DNA of 58,957 nucleotides, from the NCBI GenBank assembly GCA_039915645.1, contig JBDSMX010000263.1, positions 1 through 58,957 on the forward strand. The letters run 5' to 3'. Below, piece after piece: positions 12,968 through 24,530 of this stretch. The position numbers and the translations under genes were made by a program. Under the pieces are notes generated by a model. It searched no databases. It had not been told where the DNA came from and worked only from the letters and a program-made list of their open reading frames with translations. This DNA is from Gemmatimonadales bacterium (lineage in GTDB: Bacteria > Gemmatimonadota > Gemmatimonadetes > Gemmatimonadales > GWC2-71-9). Numbering within the stretch: the first letter of the stretch is position 1; each line of letters opens with the position of its first letter.

Positions 12968-13597
12968 CTATCCCTCGCGGAGCACACTTTCCAGTACGCC
13001 ACGAACCTCGGAACCCCGGAAGCCGCGGCGTGCGAGGTAGGCCGCCAGTCGGCGCCGCCGCGCTTCGGGAGCGAGCCCCCGCAACTGGGCAGCACGCTTC
13101 CGGGCGAGCGCCAGTGGCTGGGCCAGCGGATCCTCCACGCCATCCTCGTGTTCATGGACCGCCAGCCCGATCATCTCGCGGTCGATTCCGAGCAGGGCCA
13201 GATCGTGGCGGAGGCGATCCGGGCCGCGTCCCCGGCGGCTTCGCGCCGCGACGTATTCCCGAGCAAAACCGAGATCGTCGAGGAGCCGCAGTGCCGTCAA
13301 CCGCCTGATGGCCGCGGCCACCGCGCTCGCCGGATGCCCTTTCCGTTCGAGTTTCCGGCTCAGTTCCGTGGTGCCGTGGGCACGGCGCTCGAGCGACCGC
13401 ATGCCCGAGCGAACCGCTCCCTCCTCCTCAGCTGCGGCATCGAGCCGAGCCACCGAGTCGCCCGACAGGGCGACCCCTTCCGTAAGGCCGAGTTCGCGAA
13501 CCACATCGGCCGGGACAGTCCAGGCCGGACGGCCCCCGATCAGGACGCGGGTGCTGCCCGGGCGACGCGGATCGGGGACCAGTCCGTCGACGATCAC
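12968..13597 (-). CDS. recX: Regulatory protein RecX
   Basis: Directly downstream of rec[37 protein letters not shown]. Confidence 0.9.
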   Translation of the reverse strand: MIVDGLVPDPRRPGSTRVLIGGRPAWTVPADVVRELGLTEGVALSGDSVARLDAAAEEEGAVRSGMRSLERRAHGTTELSRKLERKGHPASAVAAAIRRLTALRLLDDLGFAREYVAARSRRGRGPDRLRHDLALLGIDREMIGLAVHEHEDGVEDPLAQPLALARKRAAQLRGLAPEARRRRLAAYLARRGFRGSEVRGVLESVLREG

Positions 13598-14649
13598 TCG
13601 GCGTCTTCCTCATCCGGAGTGCCGGCGCCGGCCGCTGCGAGGATGCCGAGCGATTCCTTGACCTTCGCCTCGACTTCCGCGAGCAGGGCATGATTGTCCT
13701 TGAGGAAGAGCTTGGCGTTCTCGCGCCCCTGGCCGATCCGCTGATCGCCGTAGGAGTACCAGGCCCCCGACTTCTGGATGATGCCGGCCTCGCTGGCAAT
13801 GTCGACCACGAGCCCGGTATGCGAGATCCCTTCATCGAACATCACATCGAACTCGGCCTGCTTGAACGGCGGCGCCACCTTGTTCTTGACCACCTTGACC
13901 CGCACGTGGGATCCGATGATCGCTTCGCGCTCCTTGACGGGGCCGATCCGGCGGATGTCGAGGCGCAGTGACGCATAGAACTTGAGTGCCTTGCCGCCCG
14001 TGGTGGTCTCGGGGTTGCCGAACATGACGCCGATCTTCTCGCGCAGCTGGTTGATGAAGACCACGGCGCAATTGGTCCGGTTGATGGCGCCGGCGAGCTT
14101 GCGCAGCGCCTGGCTCATCAGTCGCGCCTGCAGTCCCATGTGCGAATCGCCCATTTCGCCTTCGATTTCGGCCTTGGGAACCAGCGCCGCCACCGAGTCG
14201 ATCACCACGATGTCCACCGCACCAGAGCGCACCAGGATCTCGACGATTTCGAGCGCCTGCTCGCCGGTGTCCGGCTGCGAGACGAGGAGATTCTCGACAT
14301 CGACACCGAGCTTGCGAGCGTATTCGGTATCGAGCGCGTGCTCCGCGTCGACGTAAGCCGCCACTCCGCCCGCCTTCTGGACGTTGGCGACCAGGTGCAA
14401 ACAGAGGGTCGTCTTGCCGGAGGATTCCGGGCCGTAGATCTCGGTGATTCGGCCGCGCGGAATGCCACCGATACCGGTCGCCGCATCGAGATTGATGGCG
14501 CCGGTGGAGATGGCCGCCACCCGAACCCGAGGCTTGTCGGAGCCCATCCGCATGATCGAGCCCTTGCCGAGCTGCTTCTCGATCTGGGCAATGGCCAGAT
14601 TCAGTGCCTTCCGCTTGTCCTGATCGAGACGGGTCTCTTCGACAGCCAT
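13594..14649 (-). CDS. recA: Recombinase RecA
   Basis: [48 protein letters not shown] 14649 follows a GAGGA SD. Confidence 0.99.
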   Translation of the reverse strand: MAVEETRLDQDKRKALNLAIAQIEKQLGKGSIMRMGSDKPRVRVAAISTGAINLDAATGIGGIPRGRITEIYGPESSGKTTLCLHLVANVQKAGGVAAYVDAEHALDTEYARKLGVDVENLLVSQPDTGEQALEIVEILVRSGAVDIVVIDSVAALVPKAEIEGEMGDSHMGLQARLMSQALRKLAGAINRTNCAVVFINQLREKIGVMFGNPETTTGGKALKFYASLRLDIRRIGPVKEREAIIGSHVRVKVVKNKVAPPFKQAEFDVMFDEGISHTGLVVDIASEAGIIQKSGAWYSYGDQRIGQGRENAKLFLKDNHALLAEVEAKVKESLGILAAAGAGTPDEEDAE

Positions 14650-14722
14650 AGGGTCCTCGGGGTGGGATGAAGGAGTCAGGAACTGGTTGTGGAGCAAAAC
14701 GCTTCACATACCTACTTCACTC

Positions 14723-14751
14723 AAGCTAATACCGAAATATCACCGAAGCAA
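14723..14751 (-). promoter_or_regulatory. recA sigma70-type promoter with an internal direct-repeat operator
   Basis: TTGCTT-N17-TAGCTT on the minus strand. TTCGG-TGATAT-TTCGG (14732-14747) lies in the spacer and overlaps the -35 element. Confidence 0.65.
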
Positions 14752-14788
14752 TAGTCTCAGCGTGTAGTGTTTTGCGCCATATTTGCGC

Positions 14789-15193
14789 CTATCGCCACCC
14801 GGGCCGCCACGCGTCCTCGATATGGCGAAGCGTCAGCGCCCCGGGCCCGGGGCCTGAGAGCGCCATGACGTCGAAGCGATAGCGCTCACTGGGACCGCCG
14901 TGGCGGAGGATCCAGGCCCAGGCTGCTCGCTCGATCGCCCGGCGCTTCCTCATGCCGACCGCTTCTTCCCCCGCCCCGCAGTTGTCGGTGCGTCGCACCT
15001 TGACCTCGATGAACGCGACGATCCCCGCACGGCGGGCGATCAGGTCGAGGTCGTTGCGGCCGAGCCGCCAGCGATGCTCGAGCACCGTCCACCCGCGCGC
15101 TTCGAGCCATTTACCGGCCACAACTTCGGCTTCCCAGCCGAGTCGATGGCGGGGGTCGGTCCAGTCGGCGGGAGGGATGCGCGGTGAAGGCAT
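14789..15193 (-). CDS. yraN: YraN family (UPF0102) endonuclease-fold protein
   Basis: RHRLGWEAE, DLDLIA, FIEVKVR, YRFDV. Start trimmed to ATG 15193. Confidence 0.88.
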   Translation of the reverse strand: MPSPRIPPADWTDPRHRLGWEAEVVAGKWLEARGWTVLEHRWRLGRNDLDLIARRAGIVAFIEVKVRRTDNCGAGEEAVGMRKRRAIERAAWAWILRHGGPSERYRFDVMALSGPGPGALTLRHIEDAWRPGWR

Positions 15194-15271
15194 GCGGGAG
15201 AATCGCGGGGGAGCAGCTCCACCCCACGACCGCGATGACGCAACGAGGGGCGCAGCAGCGCGATGCCTCGG

Positions 15272-15306
15272 AATGAGAACGCCCCGATCACGGCGTGAAC
15301 GGGGCG
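15272..15306 (-). terminator. Putative terminator hairpin after the AI-2E gene
   Basis: Minus strand CGCCCCGTTCACGCCGTGATCGGGGCG stem-loop followed by TTCTCATT; the U-tract is weak. Confidence 0.45.
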
Positions 15307-15341
15307 AGCGCGGGGCGGTAGCGGGTGCGGCGACGACGATC

Positions 15342-16376
15342 CTAGTCGACCATGGCCTTGCGGACGTCGGGAGCAAACTCCTGGAGCAGCTTCCTGAGCG
15401 TGATCGTCACCGGGACGGCGAGCACCATTCCAATCGGGCCGAGGAGCCAGTTCCAGAAGACGAGGGAGAAGAAGACGGCAACGATCGAGATCTCGAATCC
15501 GCGCTGCATGAAGCGCGGCTTGAGGATGTCGCCGAGCACGAAGTTCAGCACCGCAAAGACCACCAGGAGGGTAATCGCCCGTTCGACGCCATGTTCGAGC
15601 AGCGTGATCAGTACCACCGGAATGATGGCGATCACCCCACCGATCACGGGAATGAATCCGAGCAGGAAGTAGAGCACGACCCAGGTCGGGATGTACGGCA
15701 CACCGGCCACGACCAGGAGAATGGTGTACATCACCGACCCGACGAGCCCCACCATCGCGGTGATGCCGATGTACTTCTGGAGGTCGGCACTCATCTCGCC
15801 AAAGCGAACCAGCAGGGTGCGCTCGCCGTGATCCGCCTCCTCGAGCGCCTTGAACAGCACGGCAAGCTCGATCAGCAGTAGCGCCGTGATGACCATCACG
15901 AAGAAGGAGTGTCCCAGCTCGGACAGGATGGTGCCGGCTATCGAGGCCGCCGGGCGGAGCAACGCCGCAGGATCAAGTGCATCGATGGTCGAGAAGCCAC
16001 TGGTGTCGATCCCCGCGTGCTGCAACCGGGCAAAGAGATCGTCGCGCAGCAGGGCGAGCCTCGCACCGTATTCGGGGAGCCGATGCGACAGTTCCGCGAC
16101 CGAGGCGCCGACCATTCCGACCACCACGGCCCCGCCGATGAACACGATGATCAGCGTCAGCGTCACCGCGAGCCAGCGCGGCACCCGATGGCGCATGAGG
16201 AAGAGCATCAGGGGCGACAATACCTGCGCCAGCAGCAGCGCCACCAGGAAGGGCGTCAGCGTGGGAGTGACCGCCTTGATCCCGGCGAGGATCACGACCA
16301 GGCAGGCACCCGCAATCAGGCCGCGCATCAGGGGCGGCAGCGACGGCCCGCGCGGCGAGTTGATTGGCTCAATCAT
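15342..16376 (-). CDS. AI-2E family transporter
   Basis: Multi-TM protein with LLGFIPVIGG, ILKPRFM and FWNWLLGPIGMVLAVP. Confidence 0.92.
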   Translation of the reverse strand: MIEPINSPRGPSLPPLMRGLIAGACLVVILAGIKAVTPTLTPFLVALLLAQVLSPLMLFLMRHRVPRWLAVTLTLIIVFIGGAVVVGMVGASVAELSHRLPEYGARLALLRDDLFARLQHAGIDTSGFSTIDALDPAALLRPAASIAGTILSELGHSFFVMVITALLLIELAVLFKALEEADHGERTLLVRFGEMSADLQKYIGITAMVGLVGSVMYTILLVVAGVPYIPTWVVLYFLLGFIPVIGGVIAIIPVVLITLLEHGVERAITLLVVFAVLNFVLGDILKPRFMQRGFEISIVAVFFSLVFWNWLLGPIGMVLAVPVTITLRKLLQEFAPDVRKAMVD

Positions 16377-18607
16377 TCGGCATACTCATCGAGTTGGTGA
16401 AGTCCGATCATGATATCGCGCGGTTTCGACCCGTTGGGTGGACCAAGGATCCCTGCGTCGTGGAGCTGATCGATGATCCGCGCGGCGCGGCCGTAGCCGA
16501 TGCCGAGACGACGTTGCAGCAGGGAGGTCGATCCGCCCTGATGTTGAATGCAGGTCTCGGCCGCTTGCCTGAACAGCGCATCACGATCACCGGCAACGTC
16601 CCCGCTGGCATTTTCACCTTCGCCGGCGGCCGCTCGCACCACCTCGAGGATGTCCGGTTCGGCCGCTGCACCAGCGCGCACAATACCCTCTCGCTGTGCC
16701 GCATACCACGCCATGACGCGCTCGGTCTCATCAGTCGAGATGTAGGCGCCCTGCACCCGCTGCGGTTCGTTCCGGCCCGGCGGGAGGAAGAGCATGTCAC
16801 CATTGCCGAGCAGTGCCTCGGCGCCATTCTGGTCGAGGATCGTGCGCGAGTCGACCTTGCTGGCCACCCGGAAGGCAATGCGACTCGGGAAGTTCGCCTT
16901 GATGAGGCCAGTCAGAACGTTCACGCTGGGACGCTGGGTCGCGAGAATCAGGTGAATGCCGATGGCACGCGCTTTCTGCGCCAGCATCGCGAGCGGCGTC
17001 TCGACCTCGGCCTGGACCGTCATCATCAGGTCCGCCAATTCGTCGACGAGCAGGACGATCATCGGCAGTTCGCCGTCGCCGTATACGTCGCTCCAGCTCT
17101 CGCCGGGCGGTGTGTCCGGGTCCTCGCGCGCAATGGTGCTCAGGGTCGGCCGCGCACTGGGGGGATTCCGGAGTTCCTTCCCTTCACGAACCTTGCGATT
17201 GAAGTCGGAGAGCTGCCGCGCGCCATTGGCATGCAGCAGTTCATACCGGCGATTCATTTCGTAGACGGCCCACTTGAGGACGGCGGCGGCATCATTGTTG
17301 TCGGTCACGACCTTGTGACGCAGATGCGGCAGGTCGTTGTACATCGACAGTTCGACCATCTTCGGGTCGACCATCAGCAAGCGCAGTTCGCGTGGCGAAT
17401 AGCGGTAGATCAGGGCCGTGATGATCGTGTTGATGGCGACCGACTTGCCCGAGCCGGTCGCACCCGCGACCAGTAGATGCGGCATCTTGGCGAGGTCGGC
17501 CACGATCGGCTGTCCCTGTACATCACGACCGAGCACCACCGGAAGGGTCGCCGTCGAGTTCTGCCATGCCTCGCTCTGCAGCAGCTCGCGCAGGGTGACC
17601 ACACGCGGATGCGGGTTCGCAATCTCGACGCCGACTGCCCCGCGACCCGGAATCGGGGCCACGCGAAGCGACGCGGCGCGCATCGTGATCGCGAGGTCAT
17701 CGGCGAGCGCAACGATTCGCCCCGCCTTCACGCCTGACGCGGGCACCACTTCGAACTGGGATACCGTGGGTCCCGATGTGATGCCAGCGAGCGTCCCTTC
17801 AACCTTGAAGGTCTTGAGCGTGGCCAGCAGCAATTCGCCGAGGCGGTGCAATTCCGCATCGTCCGCATCGCCGTTGCCCTGCCGGGGCAGATCGAGGAGG
17901 TCGAGCGGTGGCAATGCCTCATCACCATCGCGTGCCGGCGCGGGCCCATCCTCGAGTTCGAGCTGCTTGCTACGCGGCGCCTTGTCGCGTTTCGGTTTCG
18001 GCGAGAAGAGGTCGGCCTGCACCGTCTCGCGCAGATCAGGCTCCGGCTCGACCACGACGACTTCCGGACGACGGATTGGAGTCACCGGCCGCACGGGCAC
18101 CGGCGGCACGGTCTCGGGCGCAACGCCGCGCTCCAACCGCTGCAGCGGATGCCAGGCCAGCGTGCCGAGGGTCACCGCCGTCAGTGCAACGAATCCAGCC
18201 AGCAAACCACCGGCGACTCCGATCGAATCGAGGGCCGACCGCGCCACGAACCCCGGGATGTATCCCGTGAGTTTGCCGCCCCAGCTCCACTCGCCGACCA
18301 TATCGATCGGCGCATCCACTCGGAACAGGATGCCAAGCACATAGGGAATCAGGAAGGCGGTTCCGAGCGTGAGGATGGCGGCGCGCTTCATGTCGAGGCG
18401 CGGCAACCGATCGAAGCCGGCAAATCCGAGCAGGAGCCCGAGCAATGGTGCGCCGAGCGCCCCGACGCCAAGTGCCCGCCAGAGTGCCGGCCCAAGCGTC
18501 TGCCCAAGCGGGCCAGTGACATTCACCGGGAGGAGGGCCAGCGCGAGGAAGGCGCCCGCGACGAGTGCGAGCACCGCACCGAGCTTGCGACGATTTTCGC
18601 TGGTCAT
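16373..18607 (-). CDS. ftsK: DNA translocase FtsK
   Basis: N-terminal TM domain, MPHLLVAGATGSGKS, DELADLMM, ATQRPSV, gamma domain SLLQRRLGIGYGRAARIIDQL. Confidence 0.97.
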   Translation of the reverse strand: MTSENRRKLGAVLALVAGAFLALALLPVNVTGPLGQTLGPALWRALGVGALGAPLLGLLLGFAGFDRLPRLDMKRAAILTLGTAFLIPYVLGILFRVDAPIDMVGEWSWGGKLTGYIPGFVARSALDSIGVAGGLLAGFVALTAVTLGTLAWHPLQRLERGVAPETVPPVPVRPVTPIRRPEVVVVEPEPDLRETVQADLFSPKPKRDKAPRSKQLELEDGPAPARDGDEALPPLDLLDLPRQGNGDADDAELHRLGELLLATLKTFKVEGTLAGITSGPTVSQFEVVPASGVKAGRIVALADDLAITMRAASLRVAPIPGRGAVGVEIANPHPRVVTLRELLQSEAWQNSTATLPVVLGRDVQGQPIVADLAKMPHLLVAGATGSGKSVAINTIITALIYRYSPRELRLLMVDPKMVELSMYNDLPHLRHKVVTDNNDAAAVLKWAVYEMNRRYELLHANGARQLSDFNRKVREGKELRNPPSARPTLSTIAREDPDTPPGESWSDVYGDGELPMIVLLVDELADLMMTVQAEVETPLAMLAQKARAIGIHLILATQRPSVNVLTGLIKANFPSRIAFRVASKVDSRTILDQNGAEALLGNGDMLFLPPGRNEPQRVQGAYISTDETERVMAWYAAQREGIVRAGAAAEPDILEVVRAAAGEGENASGDVAGDRDALFRQAAETCIQHQGGSTSLLQRRLGIGYGRAARIIDQLHDAGILGPPNGSKPRDIMIGLHQLDEYAE

Positions 18608-19356
18608 CGCCTCACCTTGGCAGCCACCGTGAGGGCGACGCGCCGATCGTGGTATCGTGGCGCAACTGGATGCGAGTCGACGGTCGCGGCGGCCACCACG
18701 TCAGCGCCAAGTCCGAGTGCCTTGAGATCACGCCCGGCGTGCGAGAGCGCGAAGACACGTTCGATCCCCTCGCCGTACCGGCGGACCATATCGACGGCGA
18801 CGAGGGCCGCGTCGTTGAGACCTTTCCTGGTCCGGCGACCACCGAGAGCCGCCACGACCAGGCGCCCCGCGAGATAGGCGTCGTCCATGCCGAAGCCATG
18901 ATCTCGCCCGGCGCAGAGGATCGTGACCGGCGTGCCCGATTCGAGTGCCGTCGCGGCCGCGGCGCCGGCGGCCGACAGGTTCACCGCCGCAGCGACGATG
19001 ACTTCGCGCGCGCCGGACGTGGCCAGCAGCGCACGCGTGCCATTCGTGGTGGTCATCACGAGCGTCTTGCCTGACACCTGGGCGCTGGTCATTTCATCAG
19101 GAGAGTTGCCGAGCTGGAAACCGGGAATGCGAACACAGTTGCGCTCGCCCGCGAGCAGGACATCACTGGGGTCGAGCGTATGCGCGAGTCGCGTCGCGTC
19201 TTCGATGTCGGCCGCGACCACCACGGCGCGTGCGCCGTGGTCGAGTGCCGCGCACATGGTCGTGGTGGCCCGGAGCACATCCACCACGAGGACGGTCCGG
19301 CCGGCTACGTCGCCCGGCGCAAGTCCGAGCGGGGTGAAGACGACATCAAGCGTCAT
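18604..19356 (-). CDS. comB: 2-phosphosulfolactate phosphatase (ComB) family protein
   Basis: [36 protein letters not shown]. Confidence 0.88.
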   Translation of the reverse strand: MTLDVVFTPLGLAPGDVAGRTVLVVDVLRATTTMCAALDHGARAVVVAADIEDATRLAHTLDPSDVLLAGERNCVRIPGFQLGNSPDEMTSAQVSGKTLVMTTTNGTRALLATSGAREVIVAAAVNLSAAGAAAATALESGTPVTILCAGRDHGFGMDDAYLAGRLVVAALGGRRTRKGLNDAALVAVDMVRRYGEGIERVFALSHAGRDLKALGLGADVVAAATVDSHPVAPRYHDRRVALTVAAKVRR

Positions 19357-20738
19357 CCCTCGCCGCGCTCGGGGCGCGCTGCGTCAAACACTTCGGGCTT
19401 GAGCAGATGCGATTCACGTTCGAGGAACTTGGTGTCGACATTGCCGGCCACGAAATCCGGATGGCGAATCACGCGCGCCAGAAACGGAATCGTCGTGGTC
19501 ACCCCTTCGAGAATGAACGAGTCGAGCGCCTGCGCCAGACGGGCGAGCGCTTCGGCGCGATCACGGCCGTGGGCAATCAGCTTCGCGAGCAGCGAGTCGT
19601 AGTACGGCGGGACCGTGTAGCCGGCGTACACGTGCGTGTCGACCCGGATGCCGGGGCCGCCAGGCGGATGATACGCCGTGATGAGTCCCGGGCAGGGCTG
19701 AAAGTTGCGATACGGATCTTCGGCATTGATTCGCACCTCGATGGCGTGCCCCGACATCGGCGTCTCGCCAAAGGAGAGCGGCGCACCGCTCGCCACGCGA
19801 ATCTGTTCCTTCACGAGATCCTGTCCGGTCACCATTTCGGTCACCGGGTGCTCGACCTGGATGCGGGTGTTCATTTCCATGAAGTAGAACGACCCGTCTT
19901 CATCCAGCAGGAATTCGATGGTACCTGCCCCGCTGTAGCCGATCGCGGAAGCGAGCGAGACCGCCGCGTGCCCCATCTCGGCGCGCAGTTCGGCCGTGAG
20001 CGCCGGCGAGGGCGCCTCCTCAATGAGCTTCTGATGCCGTCGCTGTACCGAACAGTCGCGCTCTCCGAGATGAATCACGCGACCGTGCAGATCGCCCATC
20101 ACCTGGATCTCGACGTGTCGCGGACGAGCCAGGAACTTCTCGACGTAGACGTCGCCGTTGCCGAACGCCGAAAGCGCCTCGTTCTGGGCGAGCGAGAAGA
20201 GCTGCGCAAACTGCTCGGCATCATTCGCGATGCGCATCCCTTTTCCGCCACCACCGGCGGTCGCCTTGATGATCACCGGGAAGCCGATCTCCTCGGCCAC
20301 CACCAGCGCCTCCTCGGCATCCTTCATCACGCCCGGGGAACCCGGCACGGTCGGCACGCCCGCTTCCTTAGCCAGACGACGGGCCGAGGCCTTGTCGCCC
20401 ATCGACCGGATCTGGTCGCCCGTGGGGCCGATGAAGACGATGTTTGACGCCTTGCAGGTGTCGGCAAACTCGGCGTTCTCGGCGAGGAAGCCGTAGCCCG
20501 GGTGGATCGCATCGGCACCGGTGACTTCGGCCGCCGCAATCAGGTTCGGGATCCGGAGGTAGGAGAGCCGCCCCTGAGGCGGCCCGATGCAGACGTCGTC
20601 GTCGGCGAAGCGCACGTGCAGCGATTCTCGATCCGCTTCGCTGTACACTGCCACGGTCTTGACGCCGAGCTCGTGACAGGCGCGAATGACACGCAGCGCG
20701 ATTTCACCGCGATTGGCAATCATCACTTTGCGAAACAT
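19353..20738 (-). CDS. accC: Acetyl-CoA carboxylase biotin carboxylase subunit
   Basis: [50 protein letters not shown]. Confidence 0.97.
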   Translation of the reverse strand: MFRKVMIANRGEIALRVIRACHELGVKTVAVYSEADRESLHVRFADDDVCIGPPQGRLSYLRIPNLIAAAEVTGADAIHPGYGFLAENAEFADTCKASNIVFIGPTGDQIRSMGDKASARRLAKEAGVPTVPGSPGVMKDAEEALVVAEEIGFPVIIKATAGGGGKGMRIANDAEQFAQLFSLAQNEALSAFGNGDVYVEKFLARPRHVEIQVMGDLHGRVIHLGERDCSVQRRHQKLIEEAPSPALTAELRAEMGHAAVSLASAIGYSGAGTIEFLLDEDGSFYFMEMNTRIQVEHPVTEMVTGQDLVKEQIRVASGAPLSFGETPMSGHAIEVRINAEDPYRNFQPCPGLITAYHPPGGPGIRVDTHVYAGYTVPPYYDSLLAKLIAHGRDRAEALARLAQALDSFILEGVTTTIPFLARVIRHPDFVAGNVDTKFLERESHLLKPEVFDAARPERGEG

Positions 20739-21916
20739 CAGGGTGTGCTCGAGCCGGGAAGTTCGAAGGTGCGATCGGAGGACGCGCTCACGCCCGAGAC
20801 GCGCAAGGCGAACTCGTTGGGGTGCGTCGCGTGGAAGACCGCCTCGTCATAGGTGATCACGCCGTCCTGGAACCAGCGCATCAGCGACTGGTCGAACGAC
20901 TGCATGCCGTAGGTCACACCGCCGGCCGCGATCAGGTCAGGAATATTGAGTGCCTTCTGGGTGTCGCGGATGTTGTCGGCCACCGCTGCGGTGTTGACGA
21001 GCACCTCGGCCGCCGGCACGCGTCCCTTGCCGTCGGCACGCGGCACGAGGCGCAGCGATACCACGGCCGCGAGGGCGGTCGAGAGCAGCATGCGGATTTC
21101 ATTGTGCTGGTGCGGCGGGTAGAACGACAGCACGCGCGAAATCGTCTGGGTCGCGTCGGTGGTGTGGATCGTCGTGAGCACCAGGTGACCGGTATCGGCC
21201 GCCTTCAGCGCGGTGTCCATCGTCTCCATGTCGCGAATTTCGCCGATCAGGATCACGTCCGGATCCTGACGGAGCACGTGGCGGAGCGCGGCCGGAAATG
21301 ACAGCGTGTCGTTCCCCACTTCGCGCTGCGACACGTTCGCGAGCTGGTCGCGGTGCAGGAACTCGATCGGGTCCTCGATCGTGATGATGTTCACGCGCCG
21401 GAGCCGGTTCACGTGATCAATCATCGCGGCCAGGGCCGTGGATTTGCCCGAGCCCGTGATGCCGGTCACCAGCACCAGTCCGCGCGGACGGAGCGCGATT
21501 TCCTCGAGCACGGGCGGCAGCAGCAGATCGCGAATGTTGCGGACTTCGTACGGAATGGCGCGGAAGGCGAACGCCACGGTCCCGCGCTGGTGGAACACGT
21601 TGGTGCGGAAGCGACCGATTCCCGGAACGCCGATCCCGAAGTCGGCTTCCTTCGTCTCGGCGAAGTCGCGCAGTTGCCGCGGCGTCATCAGCGTATCGGC
21701 AAGTGCCTTGAGCTCCTCCGGCCGCATCGGCGGCATCGGCAAGAGCAGCAGCTGGCCGTTGACGCGTACCGTGGGCGGCCGCCCGGCCTTGAGCAGCAGG
21801 TCGGAGGCGCCGCGCTGCACCATGTGAACGATCGCCTGACGGAACTGGAAGCCCGCGGCGGTGCCTTCGCCCGAGACCACATCCGAGCCGGGAGACTCGA
21901 CGTGGTCCTCAGCCAT
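20738..21916 (-). CDS. PilT/PilU family type IV pilus retraction ATPase
   Basis: Walker [10 protein letters not shown], Asp box [22 protein letters not shown], His box [19 protein letters not shown]. Start at ATG 21916. Confidence 0.93.
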   Translation of the reverse strand: MAEDHVESPGSDVVSGEGTAAGFQFRQAIVHMVQRGASDLLLKAGRPPTVRVNGQLLLLPMPPMRPEELKALADTLMTPRQLRDFAETKEADFGIGVPGIGRFRTNVFHQRGTVAFAFRAIPYEVRNIRDLLLPPVLEEIALRPRGLVLVTGITGSGKSTALAAMIDHVNRLRRVNIITIEDPIEFLHRDQLANVSQREVGNDTLSFPAALRHVLRQDPDVILIGEIRDMETMDTALKAADTGHLVLTTIHTTDATQTISRVLSFYPPHQHNEIRMLLSTALAAVVSLRLVPRADGKGRVPAAEVLVNTAAVADNIRDTQKALNIPDLIAAGGVTYGMQSFDQSLMRWFQDGVITYDEAVFHATHPNEFALRVSGVSASSDRTFELPGSSTP

Positions 21917-22439
21917 TCGGATCCACGCGGAACAGCACCTGTCCGTATTCGATGGGCGAGGAGTCGTCGACACAGACCTCTCGCACCACGCCACTGACTT
22001 CCGCTTCGATTTCGTTCATGATCTTCATCGCTTCGATGATGCAGACCGTCTGGCCCGGCGACACGCGAGTCCCCACGCGGACGTAGGGCTCCGCACCCGG
22101 CTCAGGCTGGGAATAGAACGTCCCCACCATCGGCGAGCGCACCTCTTTCAGCACCACGGCCGGTGCAACAGGCGCGGCCTCGGCGGCGACCGGCGCGGCC
22201 GCAGCCGGCACCAGCAACTGCTGCGGCATGGCCGGGGCCGACATCATCGGCGTCCCGGCGGCGCCGGTCCGGGTGATGATGACACCGGTGCCGAAAAGTC
22301 CCTTCATCTCGATGGAGCCGATCTCGGGCTGTTCGCGCAGCAGCTGCGCCAGGCGGCGAACGTCCTTGAAATCGATTCCCTTCGATCCGGGAAGCTGTTC
22401 CATGGCGCGAGCGAGCTCCTGCATTTCATCTGGATTCAT
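21909..22439 (-). CDS. accB: Biotin carboxyl carrier protein
   Basis: SPMVGTFY, biotinylation motif EAMKIMNEI, Ala/Pro linker. Confidence 0.95.
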   Translation of the reverse strand: MNPDEMQELARAMEQLPGSKGIDFKDVRRLAQLLREQPEIGSIEMKGLFGTGVIITRTGAAGTPMMSAPAMPQQLLVPAAAAPVAAEAAPVAPAVVLKEVRSPMVGTFYSQPEPGAEPYVRVGTRVSPGQTVCIIEAMKIMNEIEAEVSGVVREVCVDDSSPIEYGQVLFRVDPNG

Positions 22440-22996
22440 ACGCGAGTCAGGTATTTGTCTTCGCGCCGATCGACGCGAATAAGGGTGCCCTGTTCGATGA
22501 AGAGCGGGACCTGGACCACAGCGCCAGTCTCAAGCTTGGCCGCTTTGGTACCACCAGTCGCCGTATCACCACGAATGCCCGGGTCGGTCTCGACGATCTC
22601 GAGCTCGACGAAGTTCGGAAGCTCGATCAGGATGACCTCCTCATCGTGCACCAGCCCGGTGCACTCCATCCCTTCCTTCAGGTACTTCATCTGGTCGGCC
22701 CCGATCAACGCCGCCGTCAGCGGAATGTCGTCGAAGCTCTGCAGATCCATGAAATGGAAATTCTCGCCATCGCGATACGAATAGGTCATCGGCCGGTGTG
22801 TCAGATCGACGGTCTCGAACCGCTCCCCGGAAGGAAAGGTCCGCTCGAGCACAGCGCCGGTTCGCACGTTCCGCATCTTGGTGCGGACGAACGCGCTTCC
22901 CTTCCCCGGCTTCACGTGCTGGAAGTAGGTGATCTGCATCAATTTGCCGTCAAGGTCCAGAACCAGCCCATTACGGATGTCTGCCGTATTCGCCAC
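22436..22996 (-). CDS. efp: Elongation factor P
   Basis: HVKPGKGSAFVR (Lys-type loop), PGIRGDTA, VPLFIE. GTG 22996 lies 5 nt after AGGAG. Confidence 0.96.
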   Translation of the reverse strand: MANTADIRNGLVLDLDGKLMQITYFQHVKPGKGSAFVRTKMRNVRTGAVLERTFPSGERFETVDLTHRPMTYSYRDGENFHFMDLQSFDDIPLTAALIGADQMKYLKEGMECTGLVHDEEVILIELPNFVELEIVETDPGIRGDTATGGTKAAKLETGAVVQVPLFIEQGTLIRVDRREDKYLTRV

Positions 22997-23008
22997 GCCC
23001 ACTCCTGC

Positions 23009-24100
23009 TCAAGCTTCGAGTTCGATGAGTTCTGTGCGCCCGTCGGTGAGGAGGACGGGACCGCCGGCGGAGAGCCAGACATCGTCCTCGAGTCGCACCC
23101 CACCCCAACCCGGAAGATAGATCCCCGGCTCGACTGTCACCACCGCACCGACCGGCAGGAGCCCGTCGGCCGTCTGCGCAAGCCGTGGTGCTTCATGGAC
23201 TTCCAGCCCCAGCCCGTGCCCAAGGGAGTGGCCGAAGGCCTCGCCATACCCCCGGGCCGCGATCAGCTCCCGGGCAAGCGCATCGGCCTCGGAGCCGCTC
23301 ATTCCGGCCCGAACCCCTTCTCTGGCGCGCCGCTGAGCGTCCTCGACCAGATCGTAGACGGTGCGCTGACGCTCGTCAGCCTTGGCCCCCACCACGACCG
23401 TTCGGGTAATGTCGGCGCAGTACCCCTCCAGCTGGGCCCCGAAGTCGATCAGCAGGAATTCCCCCCGCCCGATCACCCGCTCCGAGGTGCCGGCGTGCGG
23501 CAGGGCGGACCGGGGACCCGAGGCCACGATCGTCGGGAAGGGGTGCCACTCGCTTCCCCGACGGCGCAACGCCGATTCGAGCCGGGCGGCGACATCGATC
23601 TCCCGTTCTCCCACCCGCACCGTTGGCAGGACCTCGGCCAGTGCTTCCAGCGCCAGCGCCCCTGCCGCCCGGATGGCGGCGACTTCGGATTCGTCCTTGA
23701 CCTGACGCAGCCGCTCGACCGTGTCGGTGAGCGGGAAGACCCGGGCAGAGGTGATTGCGCTGATCCGTTCGGCCTCGCGCACCGTGACGACCGCCGCCTC
23801 GATTCCCAAAGTATCGGGCGCTTCCTTGGCGAGGACTCGGGCGAGACGGTCCCAGACATTGCGGCGATCAACGATCACTTCGGCCGCCGCACCAACTTCG
23901 TGGGGCGCCTGGGTGGCGTAACGGAAATCGGTGATCAGGGTGACGGCGGCTGGCGACACCACCACCAACGCAGCCGATCCCGAGAAACCAGTGAGCCAGC
24001 GAATGTTGGGGAGATGGGTCACCAACAGGGCGTCGACACCGCTGGCCGAGCAGGCCGCCCGGAGAGCGGCTGCCCGGGCCGGGCGAAAATCAGCCATCAC
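23009..24100 (-). CDS. Xaa-Pro aminopeptidase/dipeptidase (M24 family)
   Basis: [47 protein letters not shown]. Confidence 0.93.
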   Translation of the reverse strand: MMADFRPARAAALRAACSASGVDALLVTHLPNIRWLTGFSGSAALVVVSPAAVTLITDFRYATQAPHEVGAAAEVIVDRRNVWDRLARVLAKEAPDTLGIEAAVVTVREAERISAITSARVFPLTDTVERLRQVKDESEVAAIRAAGALALEALAEVLPTVRVGEREIDVAARLESALRRRGSEWHPFPTIVASGPRSALPHAGTSERVIGRGEFLLIDFGAQLEGYCADITRTVVVGAKADERQRTVYDLVEDAQRRAREGVRAGMSGSEADALARELIAARGYGEAFGHSLGHGLGLEVHEAPRLAQTADGLLPVGAVVTVEPGIYLPGWGGVRLEDDVWLSAGGPVLLTDGRTELIELEA

Positions 24101-24530
24101 GGAGCGCGGCGACGAGCGCCTCGAGCGCGAGCAGATACCCGCGCGGGCCGAAGCCCGAGATCAAGCCGAGTGCGAGATCCGCGGTCATCGACTGATGGCG
24201 GTAGCTCTCACGCTTGAGAAGGTTCGAGAGATGCACTTCGACAAAGGGCGATGGGACCGCAAGGAAGGCGTCCCGAATGGCGACTGAGGTATGGGTGTAG
24301 CCGCCCAGGTTGATCACCGCGCCGTCGGCGCGAGTGGGCATTTGCTGAACGAGTTCCACGAGTTCTCCCTCGTGGTTGCTCTGCACCCATTCCAGGGCGA
24401 CACCCAGCGTGACGGCTCGCTCGCGAACCAGTCGTTCGAGGTCAGCGAGCGTCCCGGCCCCGTACGTCGCCGGCTCGCGCGTGCCGAGCAGGTTGAGATT
24501 TGGTCCGTTGAGCACCAGGACCCGGGTCAT
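24090..24530 (-). CDS. aroQ: Type II 3-dehydroquinate dehydratase
   Basis: [38 protein letters not shown]. Confidence 0.96.
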   Translation of the reverse strand: MTRVLVLNGPNLNLLGTREPATYGAGTLADLERLVRERAVTLGVALEWVQSNHEGELVELVQQMPTRADGAVINLGGYTHTSVAIRDAFLAVPSPFVEVHLSNLLKRESYRHQSMTADLALGLISGFGPRGYLLALEALVAALRDG

